Shown here piece after piece: positions 9,388-18,473 of a DNA stretch of 35,047 nt. The notes under the pieces were generated by a model. That model was not told where the DNA came from. It did not search any database and saw only the letters and a list, made by a program, of their open reading frames with translations. Where the stretch lies: assembly GCA_028867395.1 (NCBI GenBank), contig JAGWGO010000001.1:1-35047 (forward strand). The letters are read 5' to 3'. Made by a program: the position numbers and the translations under genes. Position 1 is the stretch's first letter; every line of letters begins with the position of its first letter. The DNA comes from Nitrososphaerota archaeon (GTDB taxonomy: Archaea; Thermoproteota; Nitrososphaeria; Nitrososphaerales; Nitrosopumilaceae).

Positions 9388-9475
9388 CTGCAATATAGTA
9401 GAGCTTGTCAGGAACCATCTTGGCGAGTATGCGACACAGGAGCACATACGCAAGTCTTTGAAGACGATCGAATGA
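9388..9475 (+). repeat. 88-bp direct repeat, copy 2 (orphan gene 3' end)
   Basis: Encodes CNIVELVRNHLGEYATQEHIRKSLKTIE*. Confidence 0.95.
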
Positions 9476-9576
9476 CCCATTTGAGTATTCATAGGGTCTA
9501 CAATTCCTTCCACGATGCTTTATCACACCTTGAATAGGGCAATTGTACTCGTGCCAGAATTCTAGTTAACAATTCT

Positions 9577-9773
9577 CCCGAGAGCAAGATGTCTGGTGCA
9601 TGCTCCCGGGGCAACCCCATCTGTTGGTAAGAGAAATCAGGTTGCATGTCTTGTCGGGGCTTTCCTGCTCAAAAAGATACCTATGTGGAGTTTTGTGCAC
9701 CGGCAAAAATTATCAATAAAGAAACATCTGATAAGAATCTGGCAAAAATAATTGCTTAAAACAAAATTTTTAC
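9577..9773 (+). repeat. Non-coding hairpin + A-tract element, copy 2
   Basis: Stem CCCGAGAGCA/TGCTCCCGGG with two compensatory changes relative to copy 1; motif ATCTGGCAAAAATAATTGCTTAAAACAAAATTTTT. Confidence 0.85.
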
Positions 9774-9820
9774 GTTCCAATTTATAGCAGGGATGGAGGT
9801 GTCCGGTATTTACTAAATCG

Positions 9821-9828
9821 TTTAATAC
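9821..9828 (+). promoter_or_regulatory. Archaeal TATA box of the GH5-like gene
   Basis: TTTAATAC about 22-29 nt upstream of TTG 9850. Confidence 0.45.
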
Positions 9829-9849
9829 TAAAGCGCCATCTAAATTCTA

Positions 9850-10913
9850 TTGTCGTTTCAGGCAGGCTCTAGGTTTCTTGTCGGAATAAACAACGGTTGG
9901 TTTGCAGGACAGTACGACCATGACCTGGGATACAACCAGTTCTCAGTCATTCGGCTGTATGACAACCCAATACCTGACCCGTCCCTTCCTGATCCAAGTC
10001 CTGCCAAGCCATACATATCAAGTAATCCAGGAGACGTGACAAGCTTTTTTCAGAATGTACAATCTGCACAAAAAAACTTGGCCGTGGTTCGCGTCTGGGC
10101 ATTTGAGAGGTTTGAAGGTTTGCAGTTTGACAACAGCTACAACGTGACAGGACTTGACGCCGAGTTCTTGGCAAACCTTGGAAAGGTGCTTGATGCCGCA
10201 AATGCAAACGGTGTGCAGGTATACCTGTGCCTCTTTGATTTCTGGGCAGTATATGGTCCCCCCCGCAGGACATTGTAAACGCGGGCAAGACTTTGGACTA
10301 TACAAACCTGCAGGGTACCTGGAAGAAGATAATCAAGTCTCTTTTCAAAGACTCTGCGGCACTTGCCAAGTTTACATCAAACGCGCTTGTACCTCTGGTA
10401 AACCAGGTTGGGTCGCATCCCGAAATATTTGCAATCGACCTCATAAACGAGCCAGAGTGCCTGATGCAGAAAGACACCATGGTTTTTTCTGATATTCAAA
10501 ACTTTATCGCACAATGTTCAAGCTCGATCAGATCTGCAAACTCTTCAGTCAAGATATCTTGCGGTTTTATGGACTATAACACGGCAAAGAGCAACTCCGG
10601 CTCGCTTGCGCAGTACCTGGACTTTTTTGACTTTCATGTGTACAACACGGACGGATCCCTTGTAGCCTATTCCCAGTCGGACTTTGCGGGCAAGCCGTGC
10701 ATAGTTGGCGAGTGCGGCTATCCTGAGGGAAATGTTCCGTATGACGCGACAAGGGAGGTTCCGGTTGCGCAGACATTTCTTTCAAACGCATCACAGCTTG
10801 GGTATGGAGGATGCCTCTTGTGGTATACCGATTACACAAACAGGGACAGAACAGAGATATCTTGGCAGAAATCAAACCTCGCTGCATACGAAGCATATCG
10901 GTTTGAGTGGTAG
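9850..10913 (+). pseudogene. GH5-like (clan GH-A) glycoside hydrolase, frameshifted at a C7 tract
   Basis: ORF1 has VVRVWAF and VYLCLFDFW. ORF2 has IDLINEPE (acid/base), FHVY, IVGECG (nucleophile) and GCLLW. The frames join at the C7 tract 10258-10264. Confidence 0.85.
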
Positions 10914-10938
10914 GTCAAAGTCTAAAACGTTATGGACG
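10841..10938 (+). repeat. Cyclase 3' end, copy C, fused in frame to the GH5-like ORF
   Basis: RDRTEISWQKSNLAAYEAYRFEW*, then AGTCTAAAACGTTAT. Confidence 0.9.
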
Positions 10939-10980
10939 GATTGGATAGAGATCTTACGTGTTCATATTGTAGCAAGATAA

Positions 10981-11124
10981 GAGATTTGTTCTCAGTATTG
11001 GGATACAGATCTCCTTAACACATGACAAGAAGAAAAAGAATTTCATTTTTTGTGTTCATAAAAATTATCATAAAAAAATATCTGATGATAATCTGACAGA
11101 AATATTTGGATAAAACAAAAATTT
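10981..11124 (+). repeat. Hairpin + A-tract element, copy 3 (diverged)
   Basis: Hairpin GAGATTTGTTCTCA-GTAT-TGGGATACAGATCTC; then CATAAAAATTATCATAAAAAAATATCTGATGATAATCTGACAGAAATATTTGGATAAAACAAAAATTT, alignable to copies 1 and 2. Confidence 0.65.
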
Positions 11125-11200
11125 CTATATCGGATTCTGACTTGCTCTCTTTTGTAATTGTTAAACTACAAAGGACAAAGCCAAATCTGTTCATTGTGTC

Positions 11201-14200
11201 CTACCCGAATTTCTTTTGTGCAAACTTGGCTATTTGTAAGACTAGTTTTGCTGTCAGTATGGCCGAGACTGCTAGTATTGTTAAGACCAGAAATGAGGTT
11301 GACGCCGTCAACAAGTAGTTGTTATCATTCAGTAATGCTATCGTAACGATTATCAAAATCGCAGGTAATGGTGTCAATGCTACTTTGTAGTTGAATCTAC
11401 TCTTACGCACTTGTCTTACTAACAGTGCAAATGGTGATAGATACACGCTGCCAATTAGCGTGCATGCAAGTATGCCGTAGGAAAGTATGCCCAATTCTCC
11501 GTTGACATAGTTGTAAGGCTTTTCAGAATATTCTAATATGTAGAGCATGGGATAGATAGAAAACTTTACTGTTTGCTGGAACCAAGGATTTTGTATCTCG
11601 TACGATGAAATCGGCTCACTGGCCGAGAAATACAAAGGATTGAATACCTTCATAAAATCTGCACCAACCCTTGTAGAGTCTATAGAATTGTCTCTGAAAT
11701 CTTTTATTGATTGCAATTGCGAAGTTGGTTCTTTGTGGTCTGCCAAGTCTCCTCCAAAGGCAGCTGATGCTCCACAAATGCCAGAATTAGGAGTGGTAAC
11801 GCTAAGAACGTCTGACGGCTTGGATGTCGTTCCAGTAGCATTGATGGATGATACGCGATAAGCATAGGCGGTACTTCCTGAAACGCTTGCATCAGAGTAT
11901 GAAGTAGAGCTAGTGTTTGATAATATGATCCAATGACCACCGTTAGTTGACCTTTCTATCATATATCCTGTAATCTGTGAATAAAGACATGAGGAGGGTT
12001 GATTCCATGAAAGGCTTACATCGGAGCTTGTTAGACTGGTGTACCCAAGTCCTGATGGAGGATAGACAAGGTGGACTGATCTCATCTCTGGAGAGATTCC
12101 TCCATCTTGTTGATTACAATTGTTTTGGCTAAACGCTGCGATAAATAACGTCGAATTGGGATTCCGTAATGGGTCGTTTGATGGCACAAAAGTATAGCCA
12201 GATGCAAGCCAGCCGCAGTCATTTTCAAGAGGCCTGATCCGTACATAATCTCCAAAATCAGGAGCATCCTTCCTTGAACTCATTAAGGTATCATAAGGCA
12301 CCCATGGAATGTCAGAGGTGCTGGTATAATTCTCCAAAGTCGCGCTGTCGACTATCCCGATATTTGCTACCGGTCCCGCGGTTCCATTATTATATGCTAT
12401 CCACCCAAGTCCGTGGGAAGTCGGATACGAGTTTGCATACATCCATGGAGTGGAACTGCTTGCCATGTATGGGTTGCCTATGTAAGTCAGGTTATCTGCA
12501 TAGAACATTGCAGCGTTAACAAAAGGATAGGAAAGACCTGCTGTTGAGTTGGGATACGCATTCCAAAAGAATCCTATACGGTTTCCAACCTGCCATCCAT
12601 TCAATACTCTGGTGTCAGCACCTCCGCACCAGTTATCATGGCTGCAATTCATGGGTTGGCTTGATTGTGAGACCCAAGGATCTATTTTTACAAGGGTGGG
12701 CTGTGCAGTATTATCACTGTTGTACCACCTCAATATTGTTAGGTGGGTATTGTTATTTGTCTGAGTTGCAAAGAACATTGGATCGCTTGCCCCTTGAACT
12801 GGAGCAGTCGTATAATTTGCATCGCTTATGATGCTAAAATCTATCTGAGGGTTTACTGCAGGATCTTCTAATTGAGTCGGATCTATCCGCATGATTACAT
12901 TATCAACCCTATTTGATGCACTTGAGGAAGAAATTTCGACATTTGCGGTAACAAACAAAAATTTGTCTGTTATTGCAAGCTGTGGGTATTCCCACCAAGC
13001 AGGCTGTCCAGTCCAATCTGTAAAGTTGCTGATTGCAATATCAATAGACCGCCAATTTTGTAGATCTTTTGAGACTGACAGTCTTACCTTTTCATTTGCA
13101 AGATTCCAACCAGGATCTGGGGCAGTCATCTGTTCCCAGATGAAAATTTGGTGTTTTGGGTCGTAAATTACATCTTGGTCGATACAAGGATTGGAGACGT
13201 AATTAGTTGATAACTTGGACATGTACTTCCAAGTTGTTCCATTATCTGTAGATATGGCATTGTCTACATTGGTTGTGTAAAATATGAAAGAGCCATTTGT
13301 TGCAACCGCAGGTTCCAACTTTGATTCTCCGACAAAGCTTGTCTTGAACGGAATTTTTTTGTTTAGAGTTTTAATAGGTGATGTAGGAAGTATAGGCATT
13401 TCATGTCTGGGAGTTGACTCTATGTGAAGGGAACGTATAGCAAAGTTATCCATATAATGCAGTGCGTGAGGAATTGAAAAATTCACCATGCGTGTCATTT
13501 TTTCGGGGATGTCAATTGCATCAATTTTTGCATCTAATACTCTTAGTTCAGAAAAGGACAATACCGGAGGGGTGTTTTGAAATATGGCATGAAAACTGTG
13601 AACTGTATAAGGCTGTGATCTTTCTGCTGTCATACGCATTCCAATAAATGAATTTGATGTCAGAGTCATTTGAGAAGGAAGAACAAACGGGCCTGTTGGT
13701 GTGGGTATGGTTCTATCCTCATAGGAGGCAGTAACAGTATCCACCTCTGAGACATGTAGCTTGTTGCCAAACGAGTTTGATTTTGTAAAGTAGACAATTC
13801 CCTGGAAGATGCCAGAACCTGCTGAAGTCTCTGTCACCATGACCTGTACACCATGAGGGTCGGTGTTAGACCAGACCTTTATCGGAAAAGAGTTGACAAG
13901 TTTTGGGTAAAGTGACATGTCTGGGTCTACAACCTGTATTACTCCCTGACTCCCATGAGAATAGCTAGAGTGCAACCAAGATATCTCGCCTATGTTCCAT
14001 CGTATCACAGATGATCCTGTGACAACTTGGTTTGTCCCCGCATGAAATGATACGGATATGTCATCATTTCCTTCTGCGGGAAGCAGTCCGTCTGTGGGAC
14101 CCGTGCCGCTTGGACCCTGACCTGACGGCTTGAATTGGCTGCCATAGATGCTAAAGTCCCTTGCAGTCGGATCTCCTGTAAGGATAACATAACCCGTAAA

Positions 14201-14542
14201 GACTCCTGTGTTAAGACCGGACTCGACAAGTTTGTAATTGGTAATAGTGTGGTTTCTTGTAGCTACTGTAACCATAACGGAATCAATCGCATTGTGGTTG
14301 GTATTGTTTGCCGGAGCATTTACAGTGATGTATACTCGATCAGTCCAAGAGTATACACTCTGGTCTAGTTTTACTGTTGCAGAAGGCGATCCAAAGGCTT
14401 CTTGATATGAAAACCCAACGTTCGTCTCTGAATTATTGTTTGGAGTTATCCATGAAAACGTGTCAGAGACAAGAGGCGAAAAAATAAAGAGCGCAAAAAC
14501 AATTGAGGCAAGGTAAAATAGTCTTAAACTCTTCGAGTGCAA
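11201..14542 (-). CDS. Large cell-surface protein: S-layer-like domain, probable beta-propeller, FN3, CFI-box-CTERM-like tail
   Basis: Signal peptide; ESGLNTGVFTG and ETSAGSGIFQG repeats; Asp-box STDNGTTW; LSW...Y.YRVSSIN (FN3); CGASAAFG..LA...KDFRDN...G..FM..FN..Y plus three transmembrane helices. Confidence 0.85.
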   Translation of the reverse strand: MHSKSLRLFYLASIVFALFIFSPLVSDTFSWITPNNNSETNVGFSYQEAFGSPSATVKLDQSVYSWTDRVYITVNAPANNTNHNAIDSVMVTVATRNHTITNYKLVESGLNTGVFTGYVILTGDPTARDFSIYGSQFKPSGQGPSGTGPTDGLLPAEGNDDISVSFHAGTNQVVTGSSVIRWNIGEISWLHSSYSHGSQGVIQVVDPDMSLYPKLVNSFPIKVWSNTDPHGVQVMVTETSAGSGIFQGIVYFTKSNSFGNKLHVSEVDTVTASYEDRTIPTPTGPFVLPSQMTLTSNSFIGMRMTAERSQPYTVHSFHAIFQNTPPVLSFSELRVLDAKIDAIDIPEKMTRMVNFSIPHALHYMDNFAIRSLHIESTPRHEMPILPTSPIKTLNKKIPFKTSFVGESKLEPAVATNGSFIFYTTNVDNAISTDNGTTWKYMSKLSTNYVSNPCIDQDVIYDPKHQIFIWEQMTAPDPGWNLANEKVRLSVSKDLQNWRSIDIAISNFTDWTGQPAWWEYPQLAITDKFLFVTANVEISSSSASNRVDNVIMRIDPTQLEDPAVNPQIDFSIISDANYTTAPVQGASDPMFFATQTNNNTHLTILRWYNSDNTAQPTLVKIDPWVSQSSQPMNCSHDNWCGGADTRVLNGWQVGNRIGFFWNAYPNSTAGLSYPFVNAAMFYADNLTYIGNPYMASSSTPWMYANSYPTSHGLGWIAYNNGTAGPVANIGIVDSATLENYTSTSDIPWVPYDTLMSSRKDAPDFGDYVRIRPLENDCGWLASGYTFVPSNDPLRNPNSTLFIAAFSQNNCNQQDGGISPEMRSVHLVYPPSGLGYTSLTSSDVSLSWNQPSSCLYSQITGYMIERSTNGGHWIILSNTSSTSYSDASVSGSTAYAYRVSSINATGTTSKPSDVLSVTTPNSGICGASAAFGGDLADHKEPTSQLQSIKDFRDNSIDSTRVGADFMKVFNPLYFSASEPISSYEIQNPWFQQTVKFSIYPMLYILEYSEKPYNYVNGELGILSYGILACTLIGSVYLSPFALLVRQVRKSRFNYKVALTPLPAILIIVTIALLNDNNYLLTASTSFLVLTILAVSAILTAKLVLQIAKFAQKKFG

Positions 14543-14568
14543 CTCGCCTCACAAACTATTTTTAAAAT

Positions 14569-16467
14569 CTAAGGTCTCCTTCGTTTTGACCAGATGGCAA
14601 TACCTATGATTACTGCCGCTACAGCAATGCCAACAGCTACTGCTACTGTTTGATCTGGATTTGGTCCGGGAGGCGGGACTGATTGTACAGTTACAGATGT
14701 AGAGTTGGAACTTGACAAGCCGTTGCTATCATAAGCCGTTGCATTAATTGTAAAAGTTCCTCCCTGAGAATAGGTGTGAGTCTGTGGGAACTGACCGCTA
14801 GATGTCTGACCGTCGCCCCAGTTCGTGTCTATTTTTGTAATTGATGCACCTTGAGTTGTAGCTTGAGCTTGTCCATTGACACTTACTGAAAGGCCATTTA
14901 ACGTAGCAGCGATGCTAATTGTGGGAAGAGTTTGGAGTGAACCTGTGGGAGCCGCATCAGAATGTGAGAGGCCTCCGCCAATATCCTCACCTTCGTTTGC
15001 TTGGGGTGCGGATTGGTAGAAATTAGTGCTGTTTCTAAAGCTAAGTGGCTGAGGAGTGCCTGCATCTCCATTTTGGATATAGTTCCAGTCGTTGTAGCCT
15101 GTAAGCGTTGTTAACGTAGTGGTACTACATGAGATAGATGGTAGGTTGTTGAGAACTTGGGAATATGATCCACTGCCTACGCCATTTTGGTTCCAGTCGT
15201 CTGTAGTGCCTGTGTATCCAGTCGCCGTACCTCCAGAATACGACCACCAGATTGGTCTTTGACCACTAGTGGGGCATGATGATGGCTGGTTTGCTTCAGT
15301 GCCTGCAGGAGGCGGAGGGTTATTTGATGGGTATTGGTAGCTTCCAACGTCAGAGTCTGCCAGATTGTTCTCGTTTAGGTTTGCAAGAGCTGTGTTAGAA
15401 AAGTCAAGAGGCCTGCAAACATCTGCGGTCTTTCTGAAAAGGTATGTGTACGACATTACAGAGAGATAGTTTGGCTTGCAGTTGTTCATGTCCGCTGCCG
15501 TTCCTGTCCTGCCGCCATGTCCTAACCCAAAGTTGTGGCCAATCTCGTGCATAAGCTCTGCCTCCTGCTCGTCAGTAGTACCTACACCATTTTCAAAGTT
15601 ACCAAGTGAGATTACCATGTCATTGCCAAATATCTCTCCCCAGCCAGAATACTGTGGGTTTTTGTATTGATAGTTGACAAATGTGACATAATGGAATACC
15701 TGCCTCTTTGCTGTAAGGCAGTTGTAAGCGTTGGCGTTTGTGATTGTTCCTCCAGGGCTACTTGGTACTGCATTTGAAGGGCAGTACACTGTGTTTCCTT
15801 GCCTTTCTGCAACAGTGCCAAAGGTGTGCTGTTTTATCCACGTGTAACTTTGAAAGTCCGTGTTCCCTGTGGTGCATGAGCTTTGAGGCGTTCCATAGTT
15901 TGCAGTATTGAGAACATTTACGTAGCAGTAAAAGAGTCCAGTGTCTCCGCTGTTTGTTGATGGATTCTCTCCCCACTGGACATGCAACTGGATTCCTTGA
16001 TTGTAAAATGCCTTGACCACATCAGTAACTACCTGAGAGCTCGGACACAAGCCATGCATGCAGTCAAGCTCGATGTAGATGTCCTTTTTGGCAGTAGAGG
16101 GACAGACAGACAATCCCGTAGGATCATTTGCAATTGTATTTCCAGGAGTACAGGGTAAGTTGTAGACATAGGTAACTGGATAGGTACTAAGGTAACTGCT
16201 TGTAAAACTTATGTCGAGGCCTGCGTTTGAGCCTGAGCTTACCTTCCAGTTATCACAGACGCCGTCCTTTACGGCATTTCCTCCGTATGCAGCGCAGCTA
16301 TAGGGGTCCTTTCCCCCAGCACCAAAATTTGCATAAGTGTTATCTGAAGACAGAAAAGAGCTCTCATCGCTGTTGAGGGCTAACGCAGGCACCAAGCCAA
16401 CTGCTATCATAGAAAGTGAGAAGATCAAAATGATGTGTACCGGACCTACCACAACCAACCCGCTCAA
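14569..16467 (-). CDS. Membrane-anchored metzincin zinc metalloprotease with PKD domain
   Basis: HEIGHNFGLGH, Met-turn SVMSY, NWGDG..HTY (PKD), C-terminal transmembrane helix plus KRRR. Confidence 0.88.
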   Translation of the reverse strand: MSGLVVVGPVHIILIFSLSMIAVGLVPALALNSDESSFLSSDNTYANFGAGGKDPYSCAAYGGNAVKDGVCDNWKVSSGSNAGLDISFTSSYLSTYPVTYVYNLPCTPGNTIANDPTGLSVCPSTAKKDIYIELDCMHGLCPSSQVVTDVVKAFYNQGIQLHVQWGENPSTNSGDTGLFYCYVNVLNTANYGTPQSSCTTGNTDFQSYTWIKQHTFGTVAERQGNTVYCPSNAVPSSPGGTITNANAYNCLTAKRQVFHYVTFVNYQYKNPQYSGWGEIFGNDMVISLGNFENGVGTTDEQEAELMHEIGHNFGLGHGGRTGTAADMNNCKPNYLSVMSYTYLFRKTADVCRPLDFSNTALANLNENNLADSDVGSYQYPSNNPPPPAGTEANQPSSCPTSGQRPIWWSYSGGTATGYTGTTDDWNQNGVGSGSYSQVLNNLPSISCSTTTLTTLTGYNDWNYIQNGDAGTPQPLSFRNSTNFYQSAPQANEGEDIGGGLSHSDAAPTGSLQTLPTISIAATLNGLSVSVNGQAQATTQGASITKIDTNWGDGQTSSGQFPQTHTYSQGGTFTINATAYDSNGLSSSNSTSVTVQSVPPPGPNPDQTVAVAVGIAVAAVIIGIAIWSKRRRP

Positions 16468-16687
16468 ATAACTTGGAATTTGGTTTTAAGACTTGCTGTG
16501 AGGTTTGGAAACGCGTAATAGAATTTTGGTAATTGTAACAATTTTATCAAATATTTGCATTTTATTGTTATAAATGGAAAATTTTCACAAGCAGTTGCAA
16601 ATTGAGAAAAAAAGGAGAAATACCTCGCTGGGTAGATCGATTCTGGGGTGGGAGAATTTCAAAAAAGTACAATTCTCTTGTAAAAAG

Positions 16688-18406
16688 ATGAAAAATCTAA
16701 ATATCCTGCTTTTAGTTCTTTGTGGAGGAATATTTTTTGCTACAGTACCACATGCCCTTGCCCAGCCAACAATAACTTGGGATTGTGGTTCGTTTTGCTC
16801 GCATTCCCTCTCTGATGGCGCGGTTGGATCCTTTTTTTCTCCAACAACATCGCAGTTCACGGTAAGCGATCCATCTCTTGCCTCTCCCACTTTGAACCAC
16901 ATCATAGTGCTTGTAAACTCTACAACTGATCCTTCTGGCATCACACTAAACCTTACAGAGACTGCTCCAAACAGCGGGATGTATACAAACACCAACCTCA
17001 TCTTTACAAACGGAACTGGCACCTTTGGAGTCTCAAGCAGCCAGACAATTGGAATAAACAATCCGTCGCTAATTACCGACGCAACAAAGGTAGAGACTCT
17101 AGTTGGTGATGTCATGGTCTTTTCAACTACAGATACCACTGGCATATCGATGAACCTTACAGAGACAGGTCCTGGAACTGGAATCTTTACTGCAACACTG
17201 CAATTTACAAGCGGTCCATCTGTTAACGGCAAGTCAATTAGCGTTCAAGCTGGAGACACGGTTACAATAATGGACTTTTTAAATTTTGATGTAACAAATG
17301 AGCTAGTTACACCAAACCCCGATCCTGCATTTGGTGCTCTGCCGTCATCATATGGCGACGAGGTCGATGCAGTATTTGATGGGGTAAAGGCGCCAATGTA
17401 TCTCAATGCAGGATCCGCGCCAGGCGGAGGGGGAGGTGGACTCATTCGACCAAGTACGGTACTTGACCTGGCCCTTGGCGGGGGAAAGAGTGCAGACACA
17501 TTTGATCCCCCAAGCATAGGAAACGACTATTACTATCGGTTCGGTGGCGGAGTAACAATTAACAACAAGCCATTTACCATTGCAAACTATTCGACCACAA
17601 TCCTGCAGCAAGTACTTGACATCGGCAAGCCTGCAAAGTTTGGCTTTAAGATATTTGACGAGAGGGGTGCATATACGATTTCGGACGTGGTGATGTACTT
17701 CCACTTCAAGGGAGACCCGTCGCCCCAAAATGCTGACACCTGGATATCGTGGGACAGGTCCAGGGGGCCATTAACACACGACCCAAACGGCATCTTCAGC
17801 GCAACCAGCATCAACACGACAATCTCCGGCAAATATCTTCTTGCCAACTTTACGATGGTTCCGCAAAAGACCATGCCTGACTCGAGCTTGATAATGAGGA
17901 TGTGGGACGACAAGCTTGCAATGGGCGACGTGCCAATATGGGGTGCGATTGTAATTGTAGACCCCAATGCACCTGTGCCTGTAAAGAAGGTGCCTGATAA
18001 CCAGTATGGAGACTATGTCACACTTGAGAACATTCTTGGCAGGGACGGGTACGACATACCCTTGATGCTAAACAAGATGCACAGTCTTGCCGACATCTAC
18101 ACCTCGCTTGAGATAAACTGGGTTTACGACAAGGGGGTGGACAAGCTAACAATGGTGGAGTCTGACAAGTCAGGCAACCTAATGGGGGAGCTTGTGTGCA
18201 ACCTCACCAAGAAGATAGTACAACCCAAAGTGACAGACCATGGCTATTTTCTCTTTACTACAAAGCAGCTAAACAGGCAGGACGTTCAGGGTGAGGAGGC
18301 TGCAAAACTTGCCGAGGCAGACAAGGCACTCAAGCTCGTTCAAAGTCTTGGCCTTGTGAGGCAGAACAACTTTGATATATTGAACGGTACAATGCCCAGG
18401 ACATAG
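16688..18406 (+). CDS. Secreted S-layer-like surface protein
   Basis: Signal peptide from ATG 16688; LTETAPNSGMY and LTETGPGTGIF repeats; Gly linker; PPSIG motif. Confidence 0.8.
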   Translation: MKNLNILLLVLCGGIFFATVPHALAQPTITWDCGSFCSHSLSDGAVGSFFSPTTSQFTVSDPSLASPTLNHIIVLVNSTTDPSGITLNLTETAPNSGMYTNTNLIFTNGTGTFGVSSSQTIGINNPSLITDATKVETLVGDVMVFSTTDTTGISMNLTETGPGTGIFTATLQFTSGPSVNGKSISVQAGDTVTIMDFLNFDVTNELVTPNPDPAFGALPSSYGDEVDAVFDGVKAPMYLNAGSAPGGGGGGLIRPSTVLDLALGGGKSADTFDPPSIGNDYYYRFGGGVTINNKPFTIANYSTTILQQVLDIGKPAKFGFKIFDERGAYTISDVVMYFHFKGDPSPQNADTWISWDRSRGPLTHDPNGIFSATSINTTISGKYLLANFTMVPQKTMPDSSLIMRMWDDKLAMGDVPIWGAIVIVDPNAPVPVKKVPDNQYGDYVTLENILGRDGYDIPLMLNKMHSLADIYTSLEINWVYDKGVDKLTMVESDKSGNLMGELVCNLTKKIVQPKVTDHGYFLFTTKQLNRQDVQGEEAAKLAEADKALKLVQSLGLVRQNNFDILNGTMPRT

Positions 18407-18473
18407 CCCTTGCAAAACTTTCATCCATAAAGATCCATTTTTCCCTAGTGTTTTTCATAATAGGAAAGGGACC

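Noticed and set aside
8473-9475. Diversity-generating retroelement TR/VR pair
   Set aside because: The mismatches are not confined to adenines in either copy, are mostly synonymous, and no reverse transcriptase is in the window.
9245-9475. 76-aa ORF as a paralogue gene
   Set aside because: Only its last ~29 codons match the repeat; its start is antisense to the antitoxin gene.
16516-16560. Another A-tract motif copy on the minus strand
   Set aside because: Only the CAAAATT end matches; this is indistinguishable from AT-rich promoter DNA.
16585-17967. Long antisense ORFs (215, 126 and 126 aa)
   Set aside because: Shadows of the surface-protein gene on the other strand, with no recognisable motifs.
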